From assembly GCA_041484665.1 (NCBI GenBank), contig JBGPIA010000001.1:864001-928000 (forward strand): 64,000 nt of DNA, written 5' to 3'. The stretch is from Candidatus Krumholzibacteriia bacterium. Its GTDB lineage: Bacteria; Krumholzibacteriota; Krumholzibacteriia; JAJRXK01. The translations under genes were made by a program, and so were the position numbers. The first letter of the stretch is position 1, and every line of letters begins with the position of its first letter. A model generated the notes under the pieces. The model was not told the DNA's origin, searched no databases, and was given only the letters and a program-made list of their open reading frames with translations. Below, in pieces: positions 17,870-28,900 of the stretch.

Positions 17870-20185
17870 ATGTCGGAACGGCGGACCACCTGGCTGACGC
17901 GGTTTTCCATGCGACACCCCAGGCTCGTCGTCGCACTCGCAGCCGCCGTCACGGCTGCCTTCGCGTCCCAGCTCGCGAAGATCACGACCGACACTGATCC
18001 CAAGCACATGCTGCCCGCGACCTCCCCGGTCCGCCAGTACAACGACCGCGTCGAGAAGGACTTCGCGTTGCACCCGGACGTTATCGTGCTCGGCATCGTC
18101 AACGACCGGGGGATCGTCAACCGGACGACCCTCGCTCGCATCGTCCGGCTCACTCAGGCGATCGAGGAGATCCCCGGCGTGGTCACCCGCGACGTGGTGA
18201 GCCTCTCAACCGTCGACAATGTCACGTCCGGGTCCGGCAATCTCGACGTCCGCCCCGTGCTCGAGGCGGTGCCCGAGTCCGACACTCAGCTCGAAGGGCT
18301 CCGGCGGAGCCTGGCCGAGAACCCGCTCTTCGTCAACCGCATCGTGTCCGCGGACGGCTCGGCGACGGCAATCTACGTCCCCATAGAGCCGACGGCCAAC
18401 GGGAAGGAAATCGCCGCGAAGATTCGCGGCCACTTCCCCGGGGACCCCGGCGACGACCGCTACTTCCTTGCTGGTGACCCTGTGGCGCGGGACACCTTCG
18501 GCGCCGAGATGTTCCGGCAGATGGCCGTCTTCGCGCCGATCGCAGGTCTCGTGATGAGCATCGCGCTCTGGCTCATGTTCCACAGCATCCCCCTGATCGC
18601 GGCCAACATGGCCGTCGCCATGGCGAGCATCACCTGGTCCATGGGCCTGCTCGTCGGGCTCGGGTACCCGGTCCACATCATGAGCTCCATGAGCCCGATC
18701 TTCCTCATGGCCATTGCCACCGACAGCGTCCACATCTTCAACGAGTTCGCCTTCCGCTTCCGTGAGCAGCCGGACAAGCGCCAGGCGGTCATCGATACCA
18801 TGGCCGCCGTCGGGCGCCCCGTGCTCTACTCCGATCTCACGACCGCTACCGGATTCGCCGCCCTGGCCACAGCCACGATCGTCCCGGTCAAGATCTTCGG
18901 GCTCGTGGTGGCCTTCGGCACCCTCGTCATTCTCCTGCTGAGCTTCACGCTCGTACCCGCGGTCCTCGTGTTGCTCAACGAGAGCCAACTCCGTTCACTG
19001 ACACGCTCCCAGCACGCTGCCAGCGTCGCAGGCAGGACCGCTTTGTGGCGCCTGGGGGAGTTCTGCGTACGGAAGGCACGGGGTATCGCCCTCGCCGGTG
19101 CCATCCTCCTGGTCATCGCCGCAGTCGGGCTCTCGCGCATCAAGGTCAACAACAACATGGTGCACTGGTTCAAGTTTGGAAGCGACGTGCGCACGGCCGA
19201 TCGAGTCCTGAACGCGCGCCTCGGTGGCACCTCCACGGCCTACCTGATCGTCGAGGGACCAGCGGAAGATGCCATGAAGGACCCGTCCATGCTGCGCACG
19301 ATCGAGGGGTTGCAGCGGGAGCTCGAGCGGGATTCCAAGGTGGGTAAGAGCTTCTCGATCGTGGACTATCTGAAGCGCGTCAACCGCGCGCTCCACGAGG
19401 ACGATCCCGCCTTCGACCGCATCCCGGACTCGGCCGACGAGGTGGGGCAGTACTTGTTCCTCCTCGGAACAGCCGCCAGGCCTCGCGATCTCGACAACGT
19501 CGTGGACTACCCCTTCCAGAGGGCCAACGTCCATCTCCAGCTCAAGAGCTGGGACGCGGGCGTCATGGCGGACGTTCTCCGGAGCGCGGAGGCCTACATC
19601 GCGGGACACCCCTTTCCGAGCGGTACGACGCTCCGACCGGCCGGCATCGCCTACTTCAACCTCGTGTGGAGCGGCGAGGTCTTGCGGGGAATGCTCTTGA
19701 GCTTCCTGGCGGGCCTCGGGCTCGTCCTCGTCCTCCTCGTGGCGCAGACGGGCTCGCTCCGCTGGGGCGTTCTGATGTTCGTGCCCCTCCTCTTCACGAT
19801 CGTGCTGATCTATGGAGCGGTCGGGCTCGCCGGCAAGGACTTCGATATGCCGATCGCCGTGCTCTCGACGCTGTCCCTGGGAATGGCCATCGATTTCGCC
19901 ATCCACTTCGTCGCTCGCTTCCAACAGCGCCACCGGGAGGGCGCTTCGCTCCACGAGGCCCTTGCCTGGACGGTGGCGCGACCCGGCAAGGGGATCCTGC
20001 TGAACGCGATCCTGTTCGCCCTCGGCTTCGCGGTCATGGTGTTCGCCGATCTGACGCCGTACATCACAGTCGGGGTACTCATGATCGCCATCATGCTGCT
20101 CTCCGCGCTGGCGAGCGTCGTCTACCTCCCCGGTCTGATCCTTCTCGTGAACCCCAAGCTGAGGAAAGGAAACCAGAATGCGTAG
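17870..20185 (+). CDS. MMPL/RND-superfamily transporter
   Basis: Two repeats of 1 TM, a periplasmic loop and 5 TM; IATDSVHIF and GMAIDFAIHF; GAGGAG RBS. Confidence 0.9.
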   Translation: MSERRTTWLTRFSMRHPRLVVALAAAVTAAFASQLAKITTDTDPKHMLPATSPVRQYNDRVEKDFALHPDVIVLGIVNDRGIVNRTTLARIVRLTQAIEEIPGVVTRDVVSLSTVDNVTSGSGNLDVRPVLEAVPESDTQLEGLRRSLAENPLFVNRIVSADGSATAIYVPIEPTANGKEIAAKIRGHFPGDPGDDRYFLAGDPVARDTFGAEMFRQMAVFAPIAGLVMSIALWLMFHSIPLIAANMAVAMASITWSMGLLVGLGYPVHIMSSMSPIFLMAIATDSVHIFNEFAFRFREQPDKRQAVIDTMAAVGRPVLYSDLTTATGFAALATATIVPVKIFGLVVAFGTLVILLLSFTLVPAVLVLLNESQLRSLTRSQHAASVAGRTALWRLGEFCVRKARGIALAGAILLVIAAVGLSRIKVNNNMVHWFKFGSDVRTADRVLNARLGGTSTAYLIVEGPAEDAMKDPSMLRTIEGLQRELERDSKVGKSFSIVDYLKRVNRALHEDDPAFDRIPDSADEVGQYLFLLGTAARPRDLDNVVDYPFQRANVHLQLKSWDAGVMADVLRSAEAYIAGHPFPSGTTLRPAGIAYFNLVWSGEVLRGMLLSFLAGLGLVLVLLVAQTGSLRWGVLMFVPLLFTIVLIYGAVGLAGKDFDMPIAVLSTLSLGMAIDFAIHFVARFQQRHREGASLHEALAWTVARPGKGILLNAILFALGFAVMVFADLTPYITVGVLMIAIMLLSALASVVYLPGLILLVNPKLRKGNQNA

Positions 20186-20822
20186 ACCGTCCCTTCGTTT
20201 CTGCGCGCTCCTCGGCGTTTTCGTCCCGGTCGCTCTCTCAACGGTCGCGGTGTGGGTCGCCTTCGGCTATCCGCCCGCCGTGGGCATCCTGAGCTCATCG
20301 CGGAACTGCCTCGCGTGCCACGTCGACAACGGCCCGTGGAAGGAGCAGGCGAGCCTGATCCTCGATGTGCTCGACAAGGAGAGCGGGAAGTCCCTGAAGC
20401 AAGCCGACGGCACATTCCTCATCGCAGCCAAGCGCGGCGAGGCTAGGACCGTGCTGACGGTGATCGGCTGGCACTCCGGCTCGCGGGAGGAGGCGCCGTA
20501 TCGCACCGCGTGGTTGTACGTCGATCCCGCGCGCATCGGGGATGCGTCCTCGCTAAGCAAGTTTGCCCCAGGTTGGTCAGTGAACCTGCCGATGGCGTGC
20601 CGCCTGGTGGGCGACGCCTCCGAGGCCTACCCCGGAGCGCGTGTCACGGTGCTCCCGATGACCATCCGCCCGGGCGACGACGCAGGGGGCGCACAGCTCG
20701 AGCTCCAGGTCATGCTCACGAAGGGGGAAACCGTGAAGGGAAAGCCCCGCGAGGGTATGATCGGCACCTACTTCGAACGTGCCGTGAGGCTCGCGGTCAC
20801 TGCGAAACCGGAGGCACGATGA
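20178..20822 (+). CDS. Exported hypothetical protein with a single CxxCH heme c-binding motif
   Basis: Signal/TM segment then NCLACHVD; overlaps both neighbouring genes. Confidence 0.7.
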   Translation: MRRPSLRFCALLGVFVPVALSTVAVWVAFGYPPAVGILSSSRNCLACHVDNGPWKEQASLILDVLDKESGKSLKQADGTFLIAAKRGEARTVLTVIGWHSGSREEAPYRTAWLYVDPARIGDASSLSKFAPGWSVNLPMACRLVGDASEAYPGARVTVLPMTIRPGDDAGGAQLELQVMLTKGETVKGKPREGMIGTYFERAVRLAVTAKPEAR

Positions 20823-21655
20823 TGTTGCACACGAGACAGCTGGGCGTGGCAGCGATCCTGATCGGGCTCGCTGCCGGCCGTTCCCCCGCTCAGCAGGACG
20901 CGCCCCCGAGCGCGCTCGCGATCCTGGAGAGGTCGCAGCAGGCCTTCTACTCCGAGGGAGCGGACATGCGGGCCAGGGTCAGCATGGACCTCGTCACGGA
21001 ATCGGGGCAGAAGCGCACGCGGGTGTTGACGATGCTCCGGCGAAACGAGCCGTCGGGCGGGACCCAGAAGTACTTCCTATACTTCCACGAGCCGGGCGAC
21101 GTGCGCCGGACGGCGTTTCTCGTCTGGAAATACCCCGAGAAGGACGACGATCGGTGGATCTTCATCCCCGCAGTGAACATGGTCCGACGGGTGGCTGCTC
21201 GCGACAGCCGCTCGAGCTTCGTGGGCTCGGACTTCACCTACGAGGACATCTCCGGCCGCGATCTCTCCGCCGACATCCACACGCTGCTGCGCGAGGAGAA
21301 GCTGGGTGACGCGGACTGCTGGGTCCTGCAGAGCGTGCCGAAGGCCGCCACCGACTACACGAGGAAGCTGGCTTGGATCGACAAAGCCACCCTCCTCCCG
21401 CTCCAGGAGGAGTACTACGACGCGCAGAACAAACTCGCCCGGGTCTTCACGGCAGACAAGATCGAGGTCGTGACAACGGGCGAAGGAGCTGCCCGGAAGG
21501 CCTATCCAACGGTGACGCAGCGGACCATGAAGAACGTCCAGAGCGCGCACCGCACCGAGGTGAGGTTCGCGAAAGTCGCCTACGACGTGGGCCTGGACGA
21601 GGCCGTCTTCACCGAGCGCTCGCTGCAGACCCCTCCGCAGAAGTGGATACAGTGA
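20819..21655 (+). CDS. Outer-membrane lipoprotein-sorting (LolA-like) periplasmic protein
   Basis: FHEPGDVRRTAFL, DDDRWIFIPA, RRVA and SFVGSDFTYED; signal peptide. Confidence 0.88.
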   Translation: MMLHTRQLGVAAILIGLAAGRSPAQQDAPPSALAILERSQQAFYSEGADMRARVSMDLVTESGQKRTRVLTMLRRNEPSGGTQKYFLYFHEPGDVRRTAFLVWKYPEKDDDRWIFIPAVNMVRRVAARDSRSSFVGSDFTYEDISGRDLSADIHTLLREEKLGDADCWVLQSVPKAATDYTRKLAWIDKATLLPLQEEYYDAQNKLARVFTADKIEVVTTGEGAARKAYPTVTQRTMKNVQSAHRTEVRFAKVAYDVGLDEAVFTERSLQTPPQKWIQ

Positions 21656-22945
21656 ATGCGTGTTGCAGCTCTGTCGCTAGCGACGCTTCTCAGCCTGTCG
21701 GCGCCCGCTCTCACGGTGAAGGCACAGGAGGGCGGCGCAACGCCGCTCCGGAGCCCCGTCGAAGTGCACGGTTTCCTGCTCGGCACGGTGACCGGGCGCA
21801 CGACGGGCCTCCGGCCAGCGCGCGGCGATGGGAGCGACTTCGTCCTCGTCGAGGAGCGGCTGCGCTTCGACGTCGGTAGGGCGACGAGCGCTGGCGCAGG
21901 CCTGTTCCTCGTCAAGGGGGACCTCTTCCACGACGCGGGCGCGGACCGGTTCGACGTCGATCTCCGCGAGGCCTGGGTCGGCTACACTGCGGGGCCGCTC
22001 GACCTCCGTCTCGGACGCCAGATCGTCACCTGGGGCGTCGGGGACCTCGTCTTCATCAGCGACGTGTTCCCGAAGGACTGGGAGTCCTTCTTCTCGGGAC
22101 GGCCGCTCGAGTACCTGAAGCTGGGGGTGGACGGACTCCGGGCGCGCTGTTCGTCGCAGACGCTGAACGGTGAGCTGCTGATCGTTCCGTTCTTCACGCC
22201 CGACGCGTTGCCCTCGGCATCGCGGTTCTTCTTCTTCGACCCGTTCGCATCAGTGCCAGATCAGCGCGAGCTGCGCCCACCGCGCCGCTATTCGAACGCA
22301 GAGCTCGCGCTCCGGCTCTACGGCCTTGCGGCCGGCTTCGACCTCTCGCTGTACGCCTACCGGGGATTCTGGCGCACGCCGAGCGCGCGACTCGACAGCG
22401 GCGCGGACCCAGCCGCGGTAGTACGCTTCTACCCTCGCCTCTCTGCGTATGCCACCAGCGCGCAGCGCAGCTTTCTCGAGGGCGTGCTGAGTCTCGAAGG
22501 GGGTCACTACGACTCGAGAGAGGATCGGCAGGGTACCAATCCGTCGGTCCCGAACTCGCAGTGGCGCTTCCTGGCGGGCTACCAGCGCCAGCTACGGCCG
22601 GATCTCACCGCGGGCATTCAGGCGTACGCGGAGCTCATGGGCCGGCACGACGCCTATCTCGAGGCCCTTGCGGCCGGGAGCCCGAGCGCGGACAGGATTC
22701 GCTGGGTGCTCACGGCCCGCGTGATGCAGCTGCTGGACTACCAAGCCTGGAAGCTGGGCATCTTCGCGGCCTACAGCCCTACTGATGAGGACTACCTGCT
22801 CCAGCCCGAGGTCTCCCACCGGCTGAGCGACGAGCTCGCCGTGTCCCTGGGAGCGAATGTGTTCGGCGGGACGAGCGAGACGACCTTTTTCGGCCAGTTC
22901 GAGAAGAGCGACAACGTCTACATCGGCGCGCGATTCGACTTCTGA
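21656..22945 (+). CDS. Outer-membrane beta-barrel protein (DUF1302-like)
   Basis: DLREAWV, LRLGRQIVTWGVGD, FFGQFEKSDNVY and terminal F; signal peptide. Confidence 0.78.
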   Translation: MRVAALSLATLLSLSAPALTVKAQEGGATPLRSPVEVHGFLLGTVTGRTTGLRPARGDGSDFVLVEERLRFDVGRATSAGAGLFLVKGDLFHDAGADRFDVDLREAWVGYTAGPLDLRLGRQIVTWGVGDLVFISDVFPKDWESFFSGRPLEYLKLGVDGLRARCSSQTLNGELLIVPFFTPDALPSASRFFFFDPFASVPDQRELRPPRRYSNAELALRLYGLAAGFDLSLYAYRGFWRTPSARLDSGADPAAVVRFYPRLSAYATSAQRSFLEGVLSLEGGHYDSREDRQGTNPSVPNSQWRFLAGYQRQLRPDLTAGIQAYAELMGRHDAYLEALAAGSPSADRIRWVLTARVMQLLDYQAWKLGIFAAYSPTDEDYLLQPEVSHRLSDELAVSLGANVFGGTSETTFFGQFEKSDNVYIGARFDF

Positions 22946-22992
22946 GTCAAGCGCGAGCACGCTCATCGTGAGAGCGGCGCGGCACCAACCCG

Positions 22993-23292
22993 TTGCAGTA
23001 CCGGTTTGGCAATCAGGTGGTCACGAATCTCGGAGCCGAGTTAGTCGTCTCGCGGCGCGTCGCGGTCTCGCTGCAAGCAGTCGGCCGGTTCACCGCGTGG
23101 GATCGGTTCCGCGGACAGGACGTGCCGAGCACCGGCGAGACGTTTCTGGACGTCAGCCCCGGGGTCTCGTTGCGCAGCGGCCAAGGCACCACCGTGTACG
23201 CCCACGTGGAGCTGCCAGTCTACGAGCGTGTGAACGAGACCAACCTCGCTCCAAGGTGGGGATTGCTCCTAGGGATCTCGGGCCGGCTCTGA
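22993..23292 (+). pseudogene. C-terminal fragment of an outer-membrane transporter barrel
   Basis: Alternating beta-strand pattern, STGETFLDVSPG and ELPVYERVN; no signal peptide or N-terminal half. Confidence 0.55.
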
Positions 23293-23452
23293 ACCGGTAC
23301 AGGGCCCGCGAGGTCCACAGGGGCCACCGTGCCCCCCTCAAAGCGGCCGGCCAGACTGCGCGCGCCAAGTCGAGGCACAGGAGGAGAGGAGCTGCGGGGT
23401 GCACTTCGGGGTGGCGTGAAACCTGTGAGAGGCAGCACGCCACCGGCACGCT

Positions 23453-24094
23453 TCAAAGGGCTGGGCCGACGTGGTAGACGAACAGTCGGAAGCGGATCCC
23501 CTCGTGGCTGACAAGCTCGAGAGGGTCACGCGCCCAGACGAACGGCACGGGGCCACTCTCGGTCGACAACACTCGGCCGCGGCGACCACCATCATCGAAG
23601 AGGGCTGCGGCGTTCTCCGGGTCACGTGCGTGTGCGTAATCAGAAACCAGCTTGGACCTGCTCCCAGGGTACTGCTGCACCTGCGACAAGCAGATCAGGT
23701 ACCGCTCCGCTCGAGGGTTCGCGATCCAGGCCAGCTTTGCGAAGTCGTTCAGGAGTTCGTGGTAGTCGTTGTCGGTGTAGTTCCCCCTGCCGATCTCGCG
23801 GCGCCCATCCTTGGCCTTGATGATCGTCTTCCAGAACTTGAACTGGAAGAAGTGCGGGACCCCATCGACCACACAGTACAGGTCCACCGACCTGCGGGCG
23901 GGTACGCCATCGCCGAGCTTCTCCAGCTGCAGGTGCTCGGCTTGTCCGTAAAACACGGGGTCGCACGCGAGAACGATCTCAGCGAGGGTCCTGCGGAAGT
24001 CGTGCTCAAGTAGAAGCCAGGCAGGAACACACGCCAGCAGGCGCTCAGACGCGGTTTCGAATTGCGAAAAGCAGGCCGGGAGAGTGGCTGCCAT
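23453..24094 (-). CDS. Hypothetical protein, possible PD-(D/E)xK-fold nuclease
   Basis: Start at ATG 24094 after GGAGG; E...VDL...FQFK arrangement followed by LLNDFAKL. Confidence 0.55.
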   Translation of the reverse strand: MAATLPACFSQFETASERLLACVPAWLLLEHDFRRTLAEIVLACDPVFYGQAEHLQLEKLGDGVPARRSVDLYCVVDGVPHFFQFKFWKTIIKAKDGRREIGRGNYTDNDYHELLNDFAKLAWIANPRAERYLICLSQVQQYPGSRSKLVSDYAHARDPENAAALFDDGGRRGRVLSTESGPVPFVWARDPLELVSHEGIRFRLFVYHVGPAL

Positions 24095-24099
24095 GTCAT

Positions 24100-24630
24100 C
24101 TATCCTCCTGAGCTGGGCTTGCGATCGCCTTCCAGGGACAGCCCCGAATCTCGCTGCTCGGCCTCGTAGGCTACTCGCTCCTGCTCCGTGAGACCCGTCG
24201 TGCAGGCGAAGAAGACTGCGCGGTAGAACAGCAGCCACCAAATCGAACAGGTGGGTCGCTCGCTGGGTGACACCCACGAATAGCGGAAGGTATCTACGCC
24301 TCGCCACCCATGGCTCGCGTGCTCCAAAGCGCTTTCCAGCATCGTGCGCGGTTTGGACCACACGCGCACCGACACGTCGTGCGGGAGCGGCGCTCCAAAG
24401 TGGTGGTAGTACAGACCGCGCATGATGCGCTCCACTACGTGGACGAGGCGCTTCTTGTCCCCGGTGTAGCCCAGCACCTGTCCGAGATACAGGCCCGACG
24501 GGCTACGGAAAGTGATGCGGTAGGCGGACGAGCGGATGTGGGCCCACAAGCCAGGACTGCGCCGCTTGGAGCGCACCACCTGTTCATCCCAGACACGCCG
24601 CGCGGCTTGGTGCTCCTGGGCCTCTCCGAG
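24100..24630 (-). pseudogene. 5'-truncated hypothetical gene resembling the C-terminal region of HNH-endonuclease-associated proteins
   Basis: Coding-like EHQAARRVWDEQVVRS...RIMRGLYYHHFG...FRY...WWLLFY; no N-terminal HNH motif and no good start. Confidence 0.4.
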
Positions 24631-24696
24631 GAAGCCGGGACGGCTGCTACGAGATCTACCACCCCGTTCCTGCGGCCCTCTGCTGTCGCCGCACCA

Positions 24697-25581
24697 TTAG
24701 GGGTGAGCTCGCTCATCGCCGCAGTGTGCTGCCTCCAGCTGAAGCGTGATGTGGTGGATTCCGAATTCAGCGACGCACCGCTGGAGCCGTAGGCGCACCT
24801 CATCGTGTGCAGCGCCATCGTCCAACACCGCGTGGGCGCTCAGCGCGTGCATCCCCGAAGTGATGCTCCAGGCGTGGAGGTCGTGAACTCGTGCGACGCC
24901 CGGCACCGCCTCCATGGCCGCGCGCAGAGCTCCGAGGTCCACGCCGCGCGGCGCCCCCTCGAGCAAGACGGCCGTTGCCTCACGCACGAGCAGCCATGTG
25001 CGCGGCAGAATGAAGAGGCCGATACCGGCCGACACGATCGGGTCGGCGTAGTACCAGCCAGTGGTCCACATCACCGCGCCGGCCACCAGCGCGCCCAAGG
25101 ACGACAGCAGATCGGAGAGCACCTCGAAGTAGGCACCCTTGATGTTCAGACTTCGATCGGACCCTTCTCGGAGAAGCCATACTCCCGCGAGATTGACGAC
25201 AAGGCCCGCCCCGGCCACGGCCATCATCGCGCCGCTGGCAACAGGCGGCGGTTCTCGCAGACGCCTCACGGCTTGCCAGAGGACGAGCACGGAGATCCCG
25301 ACCAGCGCGGTCGCATTGGCGAGTGCCGCCAGGATCTCGACACGATAGTAGCCGTATGTCCGACGTGCGGTGGCCGGTCGCTCGGCAATTTTCATGGCGA
25401 CGAGGGCCAGCGCCAGACCCGCGACATCGGAGAGCATGTGGCCAGCGTCGGCCAGGAGAGCGAGGCTGCCTGTCCACCTGCCTGCTGCTGCCTCGGCGAG
25501 CATGAACGCTGACGTGGCACCAAGCACGATCGTCAAACGCCGCCGGCCACCGGCCCGCTGCGCCCCGTGGTCGTGGGACAT
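24697..25581 (-). CDS. czcD: Cation diffusion facilitator (CzcD/ZitB-like)
   Basis: MSHDH, SLALLADAGHMLSD, TYGYYRVEILAAL, VHDLHAW and HITLQLE. Confidence 0.9.
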   Translation of the reverse strand: MSHDHGAQRAGGRRRLTIVLGATSAFMLAEAAAGRWTGSLALLADAGHMLSDVAGLALALVAMKIAERPATARRTYGYYRVEILAALANATALVGISVLVLWQAVRRLREPPPVASGAMMAVAGAGLVVNLAGVWLLREGSDRSLNIKGAYFEVLSDLLSSLGALVAGAVMWTTGWYYADPIVSAGIGLFILPRTWLLVREATAVLLEGAPRGVDLGALRAAMEAVPGVARVHDLHAWSITSGMHALSAHAVLDDGAAHDEVRLRLQRCVAEFGIHHITLQLEAAHCGDERAHP

Positions 25582-25673
25582 GGATCGACTCCCTCGGTTC
25601 AGGCGCGACGCTCGCAGTCCAAGCGGCCAAGCTGATACGCTACGTGAACCCAATCCATCCCGCGAGCCGCCGA

Positions 25674-25937
25674 TCAAACGGCCTTCCCTCCGATCTCGAC
25701 CCTCCACGCTTCCGTATCCTTCGCACGTCGCTCGGCCGGGAGACGCCAGATCACGATACCGCCGGACGCGGTCTCGACGACGCTGTCGACCCCGAAGCCG
25801 AGGAGGACGATGCTCTTGGCGGCGAGAGCAGCCGCTACGGCGTCGACGCCCTCGATGATGTTCCAGCCGACGGTCAAGTACTCAAGGCGGGGGGCCCGCC
25901 GGAGGATTCTGGGGCGAGCATCTGGTTCGGCACTCAT
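25674..25937 (-). pseudogene. Truncated second CDF-type cation transporter (N-terminal ~75 aa only)
   Basis: LEYLTVGWNIIEG...SIVLLGFGVDSVVE..SG..VIWRL, after which similarity ends; start overlaps the czcA stop. Confidence 0.7.
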
Positions 25938-28900
25938 GATGGCTCCACCGGCTGGTGCGCTGGCGTGGGGCGCGCGAACCGCTCGCCGAGCTCGTGGGCC
26001 AGCGTGTAGAAAGTCGGAAGCGCTAACAGGGTGAACAGAGTCGACGTGATCAGCCCGCCGATCATCACGATGGCAAGCGGACGCTCGATCTCGGTCCCGT
26101 GCAGGCGAAGCACCAGCATGGGCAAAAGCCCGAGGATTGCAGTCCCTGCGGTCATGATCTTGGGACGCACACGCCCGATGCTCGCCCCGCGCAGCGCCTC
26201 CGAGAACGGTTTCCCTTCGGCCATCAGCGAGCGCGTCTGCGCCACGAGCACGAGGCCGTTCTGCACCGCTATGCCGAACAGCCCGCACAGCCCGACGAGC
26301 GATGACACGTTCCAGGTCTCGCCCGAGATGGCGAGGGCCACCACTGCCCCGACGAGGGCAACTGGCAAGCTGATGAGGATTCCGATGACCTCCAGCACCG
26401 ACCCGAGCGCCAGGTAGAGGAGGATGAAAACGGCGACGACCGCAATCACAAGCGCCACGCTGAGTGATCGCGCCGCGCGCTCCTGGCTCTCGACCCGCCC
26501 GCCGACGTCGAGGAAGTACCCCTGCGGGAGTTGGAGCTGCTTCTCGAGCCGCTGACGGACCTCTTTAGCCGTACTGCCCAGGTCCCTGCCCGATACGCCC
26601 GCTTCCACGGCGATGCGCCGGCTACCGGCTTCTCGTCGGATCGCGCCAGGCCCGAAGGTCTCCTCGATGGCAGCCAGCTGACCCAGTGGGATTCGGGCGC
26701 CGTCGCGGCCATCCACGAGGAGCGCCCGGATGACGTTCGCGTCCGAGCGCCAGTGGTCCTGCAGGCGGACGACGAGGTCGAAGCGGCGCTGGCCGATCCA
26801 GACCTCGGACTCCTCCTCACCTACGAGCCCGATGCGGACGGCGCGGATTACATCGCCGGGCGTCAGCCCGGCACGCGCGGTGCCCGCCCGGTCGACGGAA
26901 ATGCGAAGCTGTGGGAGGCCGGTGAGTTTTTCCGCGCGAAGGTCCGTAATTCCATCGACGCGACTCATGATGTCGCGGGTCCGCTCGGCAAGGCGGGCCA
27001 GCTCGTTCAGGTCCGGGCCGAAGATCCGCACGGCAAGGTCCGCAGGTGTCCCACCGAGTCCCTCGTCGATGCGCATCCCAAGCGGAGTTGTAAACAGCGC
27101 CGTCACACCGGGTACCTGTTCGATCCTCTTGCGCATGGCCTCTTCGAGCCCGTCGAGGGTTCGCTGGCGGTTCTTCTTCAGGACCACGAGGACATCGGAG
27201 AGCGTGTGCGGCATCGGGTCCTCGGTGCGTTCAGCACGACCGGTCCGCCGCACGACATCCTCCACCTCGGGGAACTCGCGCAGGACGTCCTCAACCCGGC
27301 AGTTCAGGCGATCCACCTCCTCCAGCGAGGCTTCGGGCGGAAGGAGCGTCTGGATGAGAAAAGCGCCCTCGTCGAGATTCGGCATGAAGTCGCTTCCGAC
27401 GAACAATGCCAGCACGATTGCGGGTACGGTCAAGGCGAGTGAGCCTAGACGAACCCACCCCGCGCGGCGCATGCAGGCATCGAGGATAGGCGCGTAGACG
27501 CTCTTGAGCCGGCGCACCAGCCAGACGTCTTCGGGCTTGTTCTCCGGGCGTGGGCGCAGGATCAGCCCGGATGCAACGGGGACGAGGCTGAGCGCTAGGA
27601 TAAGCGATGCTGCGACGGCCGCGATCACCGCGGCGGCGAGCGGCTTGTACATGCGTCCCTCGATGCCCGTCATCCCGAAGAGCGGAACAAAGACCGCGAT
27701 GACGATCAATGTCGCGAACGCGATCGGGCGCCCAACCTCTGCGGCCGCGACCAGGGCGTGCTCGCGTCGCGCTCCGTCGCGGCGAGCAGTGATTCGATGG
27801 ACGACGTTTTCGGTGACGATGATCGAGGCGTCGACCAGAAGACCCACCGCAATCGCGAGCCCCCCAAGCGTCATCGTGTTGAGCCCAATGCCCGCCTGCT
27901 TGAGGATCACCCCAGCCAGCGCGATCGAGAGCGGAATCGTGAGCGTAACAAGAATGGCAGCCCGGATATCACCCAGGAGGCCAAACAAGACAAGGATCAC
28001 AAGGAGCGCGCCGAGGAGCACGGCGCGGCCCACGCCCCCTAGCGCGGAGCGGACGAGCTCAGATTGGTCGTAGACGATCCGGAGCTCGACTCCCTGCGGA
28101 AGGCTCCGTCTGATCTCCGTGATTGCTTTCCGGATGCCCGCGGTGACCGTCACGGTGTCGGCGCCGAACTGCTTGACGATGCGGCAGCTCACAACCTCGC
28201 CCTTCAGGCGATGCGCGATGCCCCGGCGTACGGCTGGCGCCTCGCAAACGTCGGCCACGTCTCCCAAGAGCACCGGGGTGGTCCCCCAAACGGCGACCGC
28301 CGTGCCACGCAGGTCGTCGACGGTTCTGACCCGGCCGACCGCGCGCACCGTCCATTCCATGGGCCCCTGAACGATAAAGCCGCCCGCGGAGTTCAGGTTC
28401 GCGCCCTCGACGGCGTGAAGGACCGCATCGAGGGTCACGCCGCGCGCGGACATCCGATCGGGATCGATCTGCACCTGGAACTGGCGCAGGTACCCGCCGA
28501 GCCGTTCGACCGCCGCCACCCCTGGCACCGCCAGGAGCCGGTTCTTCACGTCGAACTCAGCTAGATCGCGGAGCGTCATCAGGTCGGCAGAGCCCGATTC
28601 TGCTTCGAGCGTGATCTCGAAGACCTCATTGAGCCGCCCGGTGAGGCTGGAGATGAGCGGAGCGTCGGGGCCAGGCGGAAGCTGCGAGCCGACCTGTGCC
28701 ACCCGCTCGGCGACGAACTGGCGCGACCGGGAGTAGTCGGCGTCCGGCTCGAATTCGACTGTCACTTGCGACACGCCGAGCTGGTTGTTCGAGCGGATGC
28801 GGCGGACGTTTGGGAGGCCAGCGAGCGCGACCTCCATAGGGATCGCGATGGCCGTCTCCAGCTCCTCGGCCCCCATCGCGGGGTCCTGGACAATGATGTT

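Noticed and set aside
23410..23444. Inverted repeat GGTGGCGTG...CACGCCACC as an integron attC site
   Set aside because: There are no RYYYAAC/GTTRRRY boxes and no integrase. At most it is a terminator-like hairpin between convergent genes.
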